Of a stretch of 64,000 bases of DNA, positions 37,904 to 51,160 are shown one piece after another (positions within the stretch are counted from its first letter, which is position 1; every line of letters begins with the position of its first letter). The DNA is from Macrostomum lignano (Eukaryota), in the NCBI GenBank assembly GCA_002269645.1, contig NIVC01000172.1:272558-336557 (forward strand), written 5' to 3'. Both the position numbers and the translations under genes were made by a program. Below the pieces are notes generated by a model, which was not told the DNA's origin, made no database searches, and saw only the letters and a program-made list of their open reading frames with translations.

Positions 37904-38799
37904 ATCTAATACTCGTATAGAGACGAAATTATAGTGCACTTTGTACTTGCAGATTTTCGCACTTTAACTATTGACCATTTTGTTAAACCAAACTGACATT
38001 GCATGCTTTTCACTAACGATCCGCGCCTGTCAAGGTGTTAAGCTGTTCAATACAATTCATCCAGCGAGCCGAGCTGCCCATGTTTAGTTTGCAACACACC
38101 GAAATGACTGCATTCGCAGCTGGAAGAAGCTCCAGCGCATCCCAAGATTTACAGCCGTCGTCTGTTGCAGAGCAAAAAGAAACAGAACTTGCCGCACCCG
38201 ATCGTTGCAGCAATTGCAAAGACAAATCGTTTTTTCGGCTTGTGTGTGAGGATTTTGCGGTGCATTTGTTACATAGGAAGTTGTTTCAGAAAATTCAAAG
38301 CTACATAGAGTACAATTGAAAGGCCTGGCACTAGGTCCAGCTTGTTTGGGACAATACAGCTAGCAGATGAATCGATGAGGACCGAAGCTGCAGAGGAGGG
38401 GGTCAGTGGAAAATGCTAGGGCAGAAGTATGCCACTTGCTACCGTTGCTACAACTTTCCTGTTTGAAAAAGTGTCAGCCAAGGTTTTGTTTAAGTTTAGG
38501 AGACGGGAAACCATTTCAGCGCTTGTTCCAAAAACAGACCAATGGTGGCTTCGAAACCTCACCGCAAGCACCCACAGAGAAGTAAAACAGTAAATGACAA
38601 GTGGCTGGGATGATAGACAAACATGATGTTGATGTACCATTGGTTTCTTCACACACAGTAGTGCACAAAAGGTTCATGAAAAGTTTGACACCTTCGAATC
38701 TTGACCAGCTTGGTGACTTATCGGGGGGGGGGGGTAAAATATAAATCATCATCGGCAAAAAATGCTGTCAGAAATGTTAAAAACGCCGAGTGCCCGCCT

Positions 38800-39060
38800 G
38801 TCTATCGCCAGTAGGATGCCTGCAGCGTCAGCCGGAGTCGCCGACGGCGCACCATGTCGCTTGGACGGACCGGTGTTCCACGCTGGTAACTCGCTCATAG
38901 CCGATCTTGAAGGCCAGCGCACCAACCTGTGGTTCAAGCGAGTCTTTTCATCATCCAAGTCTCGGCGTTGTACAGCAGAACGGTCTCGACTACCGCTTGA
39001 AACAACGCCGCCCTCTGTCGGTCGGGTAGGGCCTCGGGCCTCAAACGAATAAAAGGCAGC
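38800..39060 (-). pseudogene. Degenerate fragment of a non-LTR (RTE-like) ORF2 C-terminal region
   Basis: Minus-strand AALFQAVVETVLLYNAETW (39011-38955) and downstream RRRRLRL resemble the post-RT motifs FxxxVxSVLLYGxETW and RRLRxAGH. Confidence 0.55.
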
Positions 39061-39712
39061 CCAAGCAAGTCCACGTCAACGCCGCGCATCCTTGCAGAAG
39101 TCAGGAACCAGAAGGTGAATGCTCGTAATACAGGCAGCAGTGTGCAGTCGGATAACAGGGCAAATCGGAATAGGTTTATAGAAATTTTTGCAAACTTTCC
39201 AGGCCCCGACTGTAGAAAATCAACAAGTTAACAAGAAAACGCAGTTCTGCAGTGCAAGCGTACACAAATTCAGCTCGAATTTCCAGACAGAAAAACAAAT
39301 GGCCTCATTAAAACAACCTTTTTCGCTGTTCAAGAACGTGCTCTGAATCCTTAAAAATTCATTCTGCTGGGAGGTATGCAAACACTCGTCAAGTAATTTG
39401 TGAAATGATGGGTTAAGAGCGCGCACGTATTGGTTGCGTGAAGCGAGACCAGGCACACCGTGGCGTCGTCAACAAGTGTTAGCTTTAATCCGACTCTCTC
39501 CTCACCAGCCTAAGTTAGGGGCGTTGTGACGCAAATTGCATCGCCCACAGTCGAGATGGGCGTGGTGTAAATTGCGTCACTTTGGTCTGGACTCTGAGAA
39601 AAGTTGACTGCTGCATAGTTTCGGGTGGAAACTTGAACATTCTGCTGAGCGTGAGGTGTCATCTTGCTGTGACTACAGTCACAATGACTACAGTCACTAT
39701 TGTGACTGTAGG

Positions 39713-40418
39713 CAGTGGCGTAGCCAGGAATTTCAATTGGGGGGGGGGCCGGGTTGGCTTGGCTGGCCATGCCTTATGCCATTGCCACTTTTGGCGCCGC
39801 AGGCACTCATATTGGCGCCGCAGGCACTCATTTTAGCGCCGCAGGCACTCATTTTGGTGCCGCAGGCACTCATTTTGGTGCCGCAGGCACTCATTTTGGC
39901 GCGGCAGGCACTCATTTTGGCGCCGCAGGCACTCATTTTAGCGCCGCAGGCACTCATTTTAGCGCCGCAGGCACTCATTTTGGCGAAGCAGGCACTCATT
40001 TTGGCGCCGCAGGCACTCATTTTGGCGCCGCAGGCACTCATTTTAGCGCCGCAGGCACCCATTTTGGCGCCGCAGGCACTCATTTTGGCGCGGCAGGCAC
40101 TCATTTTGGCGCCGCAGGCACTCATTTTAGCGCCGCAGGCACTCATTTTAGCGCCGCAGGCACTCATTTTGGCGAAGCAGGCACTCATTTTGGCGCCGCA
40201 GGCACTCATTTTGGCGAAGCAGGCACTCATTTTGGCGCCGCAGGCACTCATTTTGGCGCCGCAGGCACTCATTTTAGCGCCGCAGGCACTCATTTTAGCG
40301 CCGCAGGCACTCATTTTGGCGAAGCAGGCACTCATTTTGGCGCGGCAGGCACTCATTTTGGCGCCGCAGGCACTCATTTTAGCGCCGCAGGCACTCATTT
40401 TGGCGCCGCAGGCACTCA
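39713..40418. repeat. 21-bp minisatellite (GCGCCGCAGGCACTCATTTTG/A)n preceded by a CAGTGGCGTAGCCAGG TE-like terminus
   Basis: About 30 copies at 39789-40418; CAGTGGCGTAGCCAGG at 39713 resembles DNA-transposon/MITE ends, but no matching right end was found. Confidence 0.9.
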
Positions 40419-41104
40419 ATTGCCTCATGGTTTTTGGTACCCGCCGCACCCAATCCCCCCCCTCCCCAGGCGATGCATTTTATTGCTCCATAAATGTTGA
40501 AATGTCCCCAGGATTTTTCGTAAGAAACAGAAATGCATGCCACACACAAGTAACTTGCACAACGGTAAAGATGGCAGTAGTCCAGAAGCAAAACATTCCA
40601 GAACCCACTTATCCTAGGACAAAATTTATCAACTACAGCCTAGCTGAAGCTGATGGTCGCTGAACTGCCTTAACACTACACGATCCCTTACAATGAATGC
40701 CTCTCGCTGCATCATGCATGACAATCGATATAGATATAGATAGACATACCGTCAGCGGGGTCAGTAAACTATCTGAAACTACTACATGATTTATACGTTC
40801 TGATCTTCTGCCAGCGATAAGCGGAACCTCTTTACCATCCCTTCAAATGCTGCAGATTAGATCCAGGTGTGCGCACTGTATATAGTTAAAGAAAAGTACG
40901 GAAAAACAATATATATAAACTGCAGTATTATACGAAGACAAGTAGCTTCTTCGTAAAAGGCCATAGTTTCAGTGGAACGACATTTTTTTCTTCCTATATG
41001 TTTTTCTATTGCGATTCATACAGAGACACGAAAATTCCAATAAAAACCCACAAATCAAGCCTGAGCATCATCAGTGATATTTTAGTTCAGCAGTTCCAGT
41101 CATT

Positions 41105-41657
<553 letters not shown>

Positions 41658-42571
41658 ACTTATATAAATTTCATGCTATCGAAATGAAATGAACCACTTC
41701 TCATGTACTTCCTAACACCTTAAATCCAGGGCTTGCGGATGCCGCCAGAGCCCGCATGCACGCACCGGTCTAGTCCCATTTTCACGCTTGTCCGCAGCGG
41801 AATTCTGCACGCCTTTTTGCCGTTCCAGATTTCTTTGCGAGTCCCTCCCATTCTTTGAGCTTGCCGCCAGCTGGCCAGAGCCCAGGCAGTTCTGGGGGAG
41901 AAGGAGAAGAAGCAAGTGGGAGGAGAGCCAAGTCTTGGCCTGGGCGAAAAAAATTGGAAAAAATTGACGGTATCGTCTACTCTCCCAGGTCTTTTTCGCG
42001 TCATTCAGCGCAGCTCGCCCGCTATTCTAAGAAATCGGATCCCGACTCTCGGCTGTTGGAACAGCGCTGGACCTTCTCTGAGACGGGTTACGGGACCGCG
42101 GCCAGGGCGTCTCCCTCTCGCGGTCTCTTCTCTCGCATCCGACTCACACTCTGACTCTCCTCCACAGTGCCGCGTCTATGTAGCGGAAATCTTTAGCTAC
42201 CTCAGACGACGTCAAATGTAAGAATTCTGAGAGGAACGAGGAAAGCACTGCCTGCCTATTCTGGTTGGCTCTCGATCGCTCTCCCAGCCATCGAATCCGA
42301 CAGGCAGCCACCTCCGCAATGGGCTCTGAGGTCTGCCGGTCATTGGGCCGCGCGGGTTTCTCTTCTGCAATCGCTTTTTGCCTTCTCGATTCTCCCCAGA
42401 GACGAGGAGAAATAGGAAAGGGGATGAAAACATGGGGAAAAAGAAAGCACAGGGATTTAAAGAAAAATAGAAGAAAATATCAGGAGCATCAGCTGAAAGA
42501 CGCCGCTTAGATAGACTACTAGGACGCTCTTGCTGAATTCCCTGGCAAACCTCTGACTGCAACTAGTAGCG

Positions 42572-43661
42572 ATGTCGTCAACCAGCTACTGCCTGCCGAA
42601 AGCCCTCAGTGTGATTGGGAATGTCACTGCGAATGGCACCGGAAGCTCTGCTGACGATGCCTTATCCGTGTACGAGGTGGTCTTCTACGCTTTGCTTGCC
42701 ACCGCGGCCAGCGCCGTGACGGCGTTCGGCAATCTACTGGTTCTGGTGTCTTTCCGCATCGACCGGCAGCTGCAGACGGTCAGCAACTATTACTTGATGT
42801 CTCTTGCGGTAGCCGATCTCCTCATAGGCTTTGTGTCGATGCCTATCTATACTGTCTACCTGTTGGTCACTTACTGGCCATTTGACATTATAGTGTGCAA
42901 CCTGTACCTCTGCTTTGACTACACAATGTGTAACGCGTCTGTAGCCAGCCTCCTTATTATCTCCATTGACCGATACCGCTCGGTGACGAGTCCCCTTATC
43001 TACAGGAGCCAGCGAACTCCTAAACGCGCCCTGATAATGATCACCTGTGCCTGGGTTGTCTCCATCATCCTATGGAGCCCCCTAATCATCTTATCTTCGG
43101 CCACTAAGGAGGACAAAGTTGCCACAGTCTGCCAGGTGGAGTTCATCAACGACAATCCCTACCTGACATTTTTCACGTCAATAATGGCATTTTTTCTTCC
43201 TGTAACCGTCATGACGATTTTGTATGTCCGCATCTTTCGCGAGACGAAAAAGCGCCAACGCGAGCTGCAGAGTCTTCAAGCCGGATGCGGCGGTGGCGGA
43301 GGAGGATCCACAGCGGCGGCAGCATCGTCGAACGACGAATCTCGCACGCGTCACCAAAATCGACGTCGTCGCTTTGACGGCAGATCCTTACTGCGACGCT
43401 GCGTCCGCGGTTTAGTTGACAGCGACGACGACGGGGGCAGCGGCGACAACAACAACGACGGAGACAGCGGCGGCGGCGTCGGCGGCGGAGCAGCCGTAAC
43501 CGAGGAGGAAGCCGACTGCTGGGAGACAGTGCGCGAGGACCGGCCGGTGTTCACGCAACATTTCCCCAGGTCGACGTCGTATTTTCGAGTCAACTACCAG
43601 GCGGGCAGGCGAGGCAGACCGGCTGAATCTTCGCTGACGTCGCTGCCTGGAAACTCAACCT
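42572..43661 (+). CDS. CHRM: Muscarinic acetylcholine receptor, exon 1 (TM1-TM5 and start of i3 loop)
   Basis: GNLLVLVSFRIDRQLQTVSNYYLMSLAVADLLIGFVSMP; TM3 Asp in CFDYTMCNAS...IDRY; TFFTSIMAFFLP; donor ACCT|GTGAGT phase 1. Subtype or orthology not assignable. Confidence 0.93.
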
Positions 43662-44044
43662 GTGAGTGCGAGGCTTCACAGAAAGTGTGATGCAATTTTA
43701 AACGGTGCAATTAATTTCTGCTCAAAACGAGATTTTGGCAGAGTTTTTTATTTTACTAGGTGGAGTATTCAAAAGACCGTAAGCTCTGCAGAGCGTGCAC
43801 TTTCTGTACGCAGTAATAATGGATATCCGAGACGATTCGAACATTTTCTTGAGTAGCGGCTTGGAAATCCGCCAGCTAATTCTTTCATTGTCTATTAAAT
43901 CAATGGTGGTAATTTGAGAACCACTCTCCGGAGGGTAATGCAAATGTATCAGATCATTCACATTCAGTCGTCATAATGTGCGAGCATTAAATAGAAAGAC
44001 TCAGAGATTTGTCATTCCAATATCCCTCCAATCCCATTCGACAG

Positions 44045-44204
44045 ATCCCGACATTGATGACAGAATCGAGGAGGTTGACGAACAGCAGGAGTGCCTGACG
44101 TATGTGGTTTGGATTCGCCTCCCGGATGCCAGCGGTCAGACGAGGATTCAATTGAGGTCAAAGCGAACAGCAGCTTCAAGTTCTGAGCAGCAACTGTCAA
44201 CGAG
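44045..44204 (+). CDS. CHRM: Muscarinic receptor, exon 2 (i3 loop)
   Basis: Acceptor CATTCGACAG (phase 1) and donor AG|GTAACT (phase 2) fit both neighbours; YVVWIRLP resembles the YTILIRLP i3 motif of invertebrate type-A receptors. Confidence 0.75.
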
Positions 44205-44308
44205 GTAACTATTTTTAAAAAATCTGTTAACTGTCTAATTTCCCGCTCAATTTACGATTTTTAGGTAATAAAAAAAAATTTCACGACCAATCATGACCAA
44301 ATTTCTAG

Positions 44309-44874
44309 ATGTGTCATGGGCCAAGAAGCGACAGGCAATATTCATTCGCGAGGACAGCAGCAACAGACGCCTCAACAGCAACAGCAGCAACAGGTGGCGA
44401 TTGTAGTTGCTAACGCCTCAGCGTCATCTGCCGACGCCTCTGCCGCAACCGGTGCAGCCGCCGCCGACGCCTCCGCCGGGAGCCGATTTGACAGCGCAAA
44501 GTCGAACGCCACGGCTGACAGCGGCATCGACAGCATCGGCGGCGGCGGCGATGGGCCGGCAGGTCTGCGCCGGGTCGGCTCCCCACCGAAGCAGCCGGCA
44601 CCAACGTCTCGTCGACCGTCGCACGCCCAGCAGCAGCAGCAGACGCAGAAGCCGCAAGCAAACAGCGGGCCAAAGACCAGCAGCAGCTCCAACAGCAGCA
44701 AAAAGGAGACAAAAAACGAACAGAAAGCAGCCAAGACGCTGAGCGCTATTCTACTCGTGTTCATAGTCACCTGGATACCGTACAACGTGTTCACGCTGAT
44801 CAGAGCGGTGTACAGGGCACACTGTCCGGACGAGTACTTTCGGCCGCTGATCCCTGACACACTGTACAATTTTG
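44309..44874 (+). CDS. CHRM: Muscarinic receptor, exon 3 (i3 loop end, TM6, ECL3)
   Basis: Acceptor TTTCTAG; EQKAAKTLSAILLVFIVTWIPYN with the muscarinic Tyr-Asn pair; donor G|GTGAGA. Confidence 0.9.
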
Positions 44875-45663
44875 GTGAGAGATTTTAAAGAGCATAGTAA
44901 ACTGTTATTTATCATTCTTTCTTAGACGGCGAGACTCATTACCATAGCTGTCAATTAATTCGTGACGATAGAATGGGATGAGACGTAAAATCGTCGTTAA
45001 AAGAAAATAGAAACGTCATAAGTTACTTTATTACCGTGTGCAGAACCTGCGATACGGGGCTGAAAGAAGAATATATTTTTCTTTGCACCACATCGGGTTT
45101 TGTTTGTTTCTCACGCATGGTCGTAGTATCGACAAGTACATTCGGTGTAGCGTCCTTGATGAATAATTTGTACTCAAGTACCATCAGAAAACAAAACGGT
45201 TCCTACAAGGCATGATAATCAAATATCTTCGTGATTTACTAATTTCGAATTTAAATGTGGAAGAATCCTCACAACTAAGATGCAGTTGAGCATTCTCTGC
45301 AAGCTCTGCGAAAACGAAAAAGAATTCCTGCCAGTTCAGCAGAGAAAAAAGAATCGAAAGCTGCACCTGCGACCAGTCTCACGACGCCTCATCGCTCCGA
45401 ACTCGCCAGCGCTCTCCCTCGCTCTCTCTCCTCCTACGTGATTGCAGTTCGGATAAAGGAAAAAACTCAAAATAAAATTGTACCCATTTTAAGCAGTAAA
45501 AGAAGGACAAAATCCTTGGAGATTGTCGATCTGGCCGGAATACAAGTAGAGAAAACTCGGACATTTTCACGCTTGAATGCCCTGACCGAGAGAGCTGACA
45601 CAGTCAGGGCCGGGGACCGATCCCATAGTTGACATTCTTCGAAGTGCCACTTCGCGTCTCTTC

Positions 45664-45792
<129 letters not shown>

Positions 45793-47158
45793 GCTTTCAA
45801 TTTCCGTCTGTCCTGCGGTCGCCTCCGGGCGTAGTAGAGCTCGTCTCGGGACGCGCTGTTGCGTGAAGAATGAGAAACGCCATCATTCTCTTCGCCTTTT
45901 CCCTGTCAGTTTCGAAACACTTGCTTCGGCGTGTGCTGCTTTTTTGTACGATGTTTTTCCATTCTAGAAAGTCAGCTCAACTGCTTTCATGAGCTTTCTT
46001 AGTTCGCCTTCCAATACTCTGGTATAGCAGCAGACACGGCAGCAGAAACTTTCTCTGCAAAACGAGAGAGCAGAACTCAGGAAACTTCTTGTCGCCTCCC
46101 ACGGTCTTACCGTTTCCTGTCTTCGCCTGTCTCTCGGCTTCCGGTTCTGAGGGCGCGCGGTTTTTTTGTTTCAGTGCTGCTATTGACTTTGTGGGAGGGG
46201 GGAGTTTGAGGAATTCTGGGACGATGAGGCGTCAATCTTGACTGACGAAGGCAAACAGCGTCTCCAGTTATTGATCTATTGATAGGATTTTTCTACAGGA
46301 AGCTGCGAGCCAAGAAGCGAAGCTATTTTTAATGTCTAAACGTCCTTGGAGCTGAAAAACTGCAGGTGCAGTATAACTTTGGAAGCATCTCAGACATGAA
46401 ATTTCAGCTTCTTCGGCTGGTTGGCAGTCCGAGAGGGCGCCAACGCAGACAAGGAGGTTGTTGGAAGCCTCCTGCTGCATCAACTGAGGACATCTGAAGG
46501 AGCGCCCAGCGTTAGGAGCCGGAGAGGGCAGCAATATATGCTTTCCCAGGGGAGTGGGGCATGCGCCCGCTTCAGATTTTCTTTTATAAGACGGGACCAT
46601 TCCTAACCGATCTCATGATCCAAGCCTATATGAGATTTCTGGCAAGAGAAATAAAACTCACCACTGCCTGCCTTTCAGAAGTGGCTCAAAGACTGCTTGA
46701 CAGGCACTCTATGCGCGGGAAGTGCACAGAGTCCTTTACCTAGAACACAAAAATTTTGGTCTTTCTCTTTTTTCCTTCGTTTTTTGTCCCTAAACTTAGC
46801 CCCGTCAGCGGTGCGGCAGGGAAACCAACCGCAGCCGCGCTTGTCCACACCCCGTGTTGCCATTTTGCTCCGGGCCAACCTTCTTTTTCACTCCCCCAGC
46901 CACCGCAGGCCGTTAATTTTTCACTGCCTCCCTAATTCTGCCTGGGTGACCCTCATTCCAGCTGCAGTCCGCAGCCCTCTGTGTGCGTGTTCGAATTCCT
47001 TCATGGCCAAGAACTATTTGCAGCTCCTCATTTACTTTTTGCACCTATTGGCTTACCCTACAATGTCCCCTGGGCTAGTAGAAAGTCCAGTTTTGGTTTT
47101 TGTGAAAAAATTCGTCACAAATCTTACGCGTTCGCTATCCTTCCACGCGACTTTCCAG

Positions 47159-47364
47159 GCTACTGGCTGTGCTACCTGAACTCGACCATGAATCCAGTCT
47201 GTTACGCTCTTTGCAACGCTAATTTTCGTCGGACATTCTGGAAAATTCTCACCTGCAAGAGTCGAAAGCGACGCACACTGCGCCATCTTGGCCAAGGTTT
47301 GTACAGCCATACGCGCGTTGTGCACGCGGTTGCACCGACTGCGGGCACGCGTCAGCCACGCTGA
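47159..47364 (+). CDS. CHRM: Muscarinic receptor, exon 4 (TM7, helix 8, C-tail)
   Basis: TTCCAG|GC completes [27 protein letters not shown]; stop TGA at 47362-47364. Spliced CDS is 2022 bp, 673 aa. Confidence 0.93.
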
Positions 47365-48199
47365 CCAATCAGAGAGAGCGAGAGAGAGAGGGGGATAGAG
47401 CTGAATAGCGACCCGCTTTGTTTTCTACCCCTAACCCTAACATTCTTTTTCTAGTCTAACCCTCAGCTATGCGTACATTTGGCGTACAAGCCTGCTGCAC
47501 CACCACCTCACTGAAACTCTAACCCGCACGAAAAGTTAAAAACTGAGTTTTGACTGAGTTGCACTTTATTAACTCTTATTTATTGATAATTTACTTGACC
47601 TAATAAGCACATAACTAATTATAACTATTTTTCACCTAATTATACCGACTGCACAGATGGTTTTATTGGCTCGCTCTTATCGCTGAGTTTTGATTATCAA
47701 ATCAAATAGATTTAATGGTAATTACTCCATTATTATTGAGATCCCCCAAATTTGGCAGATGGGACTTCCATTCTTAACAAAATCCATTGTGAATATATCA
47801 ATATGGTTTTTCCTGTCTATACATTTACTTACCGTCTGTTATGACTGCAGTTTAATTGACTGTAAAAAAATATTTGCGTGCCTTTGAATACGAGCTGAGA
47901 ATAATTGATTAAAACATATTTTAGCTTGACAAGCCCGTCTTTGATAGGGCTAGAATTTTGTGTTATTTTATTTCGGATGTTATATTGATACACCTGCGTT
48001 AACCTGCACAAATAATTATAAAATTATCTTTTTAACCTACACCAACGTTTGTGTTTCGCTTTATTTTATTCCTGCATACCTTCCTTCTGGTTGCATCACG
48101 CATCCGGTTTGATGCATGGCGTTTGCTGGGATGAGATGGTTATTACTGCACCGTGCACGATCCTCGTACTAACGGGAATAACAAAAAGTCTGTCTTAGT

Positions 48200-48660
<461 letters not shown>

Positions 48661-49369
48661 AGTGTCTGCCTGTTCTATTCTGTCTGTCTTTCAATTTCTT
48701 CCATTAACTCAAGAAGTTGCGCTGACTTTCTCTAAATTTGGGCTGACATCTGAGCCTCTATTTAGAGTCGCTCGTAGTCCGCCTGCCTGTCTGTCTTTCT
48801 TTCGCCAGCGCAGTGCAGCTTTCAGCATACAGCCCCCTTCTTTCTGTCCGCTTCCATTCAGCAGGACCACGGGCTTTGTGTCGGGCTTGGGCGCGCCACT
48901 GCCACTGCCCAGGAGTCGCCGCAGCCTCCTCTTTATAGTTTGCCCAAGGCCTCGGCTTCCCAAAACAGCTTTTGTTGTTAGTAGACCTCCATGGCAGTGG
49001 GTTTCAACTTTTCCCGTTTCCCAATCCTGTCCGCCCTGCCTTGTCGCAGATTCTGCGTGCCCAACTGCGCCTCATCTGCCTTTGAAAAACTCTTTCTGGG
49101 ATTTCTCGGCTGATGTTCGGGCCGCTTGGCTGCTTGGCTAGGTTAAACCAACAGCCGAAATTGACGACGTAATTTCGTGCGTTTATTTTTAACTCGGAAA
49201 TGGCATCAGCTGGCCGACCGACTAATCTCAAACAAAAACAGAAAAAAGATGGCGATCGAGATACATTTAAAAGAATGCAGATTAAAGGATTGGAAGGATT
49301 GGTTTGGGGAAGAAAGTTCGGGAAAAACTTATGACTGGAAGGAGTGCAGAGAAACATATGGTTAGCGGA

Positions 49370-49790
49370 GATGGATGCAGGGAGGGAAGATGGATGCAGG
49401 GAGGGGAGATGGATGACGAGAGGGAAGATGGATGCAGGGAGGGGAGATGGATGCAGGGAGGGGAGATGGATGCAGGGAGGGGAGATGGATGCAGGGAGGG
49501 GAGATGGATGCAGGGAGGGGAGATGGATGCAGGGAGGGGAGATGGATGCAGGGAGGGAAGATGGATGCAGGGAGGGGAGATGGATGCAGGGAGGGGAGAT
49601 GGATGCAGGGAGGGGAGATGGATGCAGGGAGGGAAGATGGATGCAGGGAGGGGAGATAGATGCAGGGAGGGGAGATGGATGCAGGGAGGGGAGATGGATT
49701 TAAGGAGGTATGGATGCAGGGAGGGGAGATAGATGTAGGGAGGGGAGATGGATTTAAGGATGGGATATGGATGCAGGGAGGGGAGATAGA
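49370..49790. repeat. 19-bp minisatellite (GATGGATGCAGGGAGGGGA)
   Basis: About 20 copies. Confidence 0.95.
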
Positions 49791-50586
49791 TGCAGGAAAA
49801 GATGGATGTATGGGCACAGGAGCAGCGTGTATGAGGTAAAAGCTCTAGCTAATGAGAGCCCTGCACGATCATGCAGCCAAGTGATTTTGTTTCCAAGAAA
49901 GCAACAAAACAAAGCATCAGAACCTCTTGGCGCCCGCTGCCACCAACTGTGCCATTGCGTGCGACCTGCGCGCGTCAAAGTTTGCAATTAAAACTTTCTG
50001 GAGGAGCGAGCTATCCTCTGCCACTAGGCGGATGGCAGAGGTCGAGCCCCAGCCTCTCTCGGGACACCAACCTGAAACCCGTCAGTTCGCGGCCCAGCTG
50101 AGCGGAACCTAATGATGGCGAGGGTGACGGGCCGGGGGGCTCTCGGCTCCGTCATTTTCTGCGGCCGATTTCCCCGGATCCCTTTGGGTTTCTCCTCTCT
50201 CGGCGGCCAGGATTTCTTCTATTAGCGAACTTTTACCGATCGCTTCGCTCGGCTGCTTTTGCTTTGCCCTACCTTATGCCGTCTGGCGGCTCTGCTTCGA
50301 GAAGAAGAGGGTTGGGGGTTGGGTGCTCTCTAAAAAAGTTAAAGATTTCGCATGTCAACTCGTCTGAATGACTTTGGCCAACCTTGAATGACTGGCTGGC
50401 TGGGAGAAGGGAGGGAGAAAGCAGGGCTCAAGTCAGAGCTGATGTCAAAAAAGCACCCATGCATCAGCTGCTGGGATGACTCAAGCATGAGAAGTGGCCC
50501 AACTCTTCAGTTTCACCTGCATCTTCCCTGGCTTCTCAACTTGCTTAGATATTCGTGTGTGAATTGCTCAGTACGCTCGTACACTA

Positions 50587-51160
<574 letters not shown>

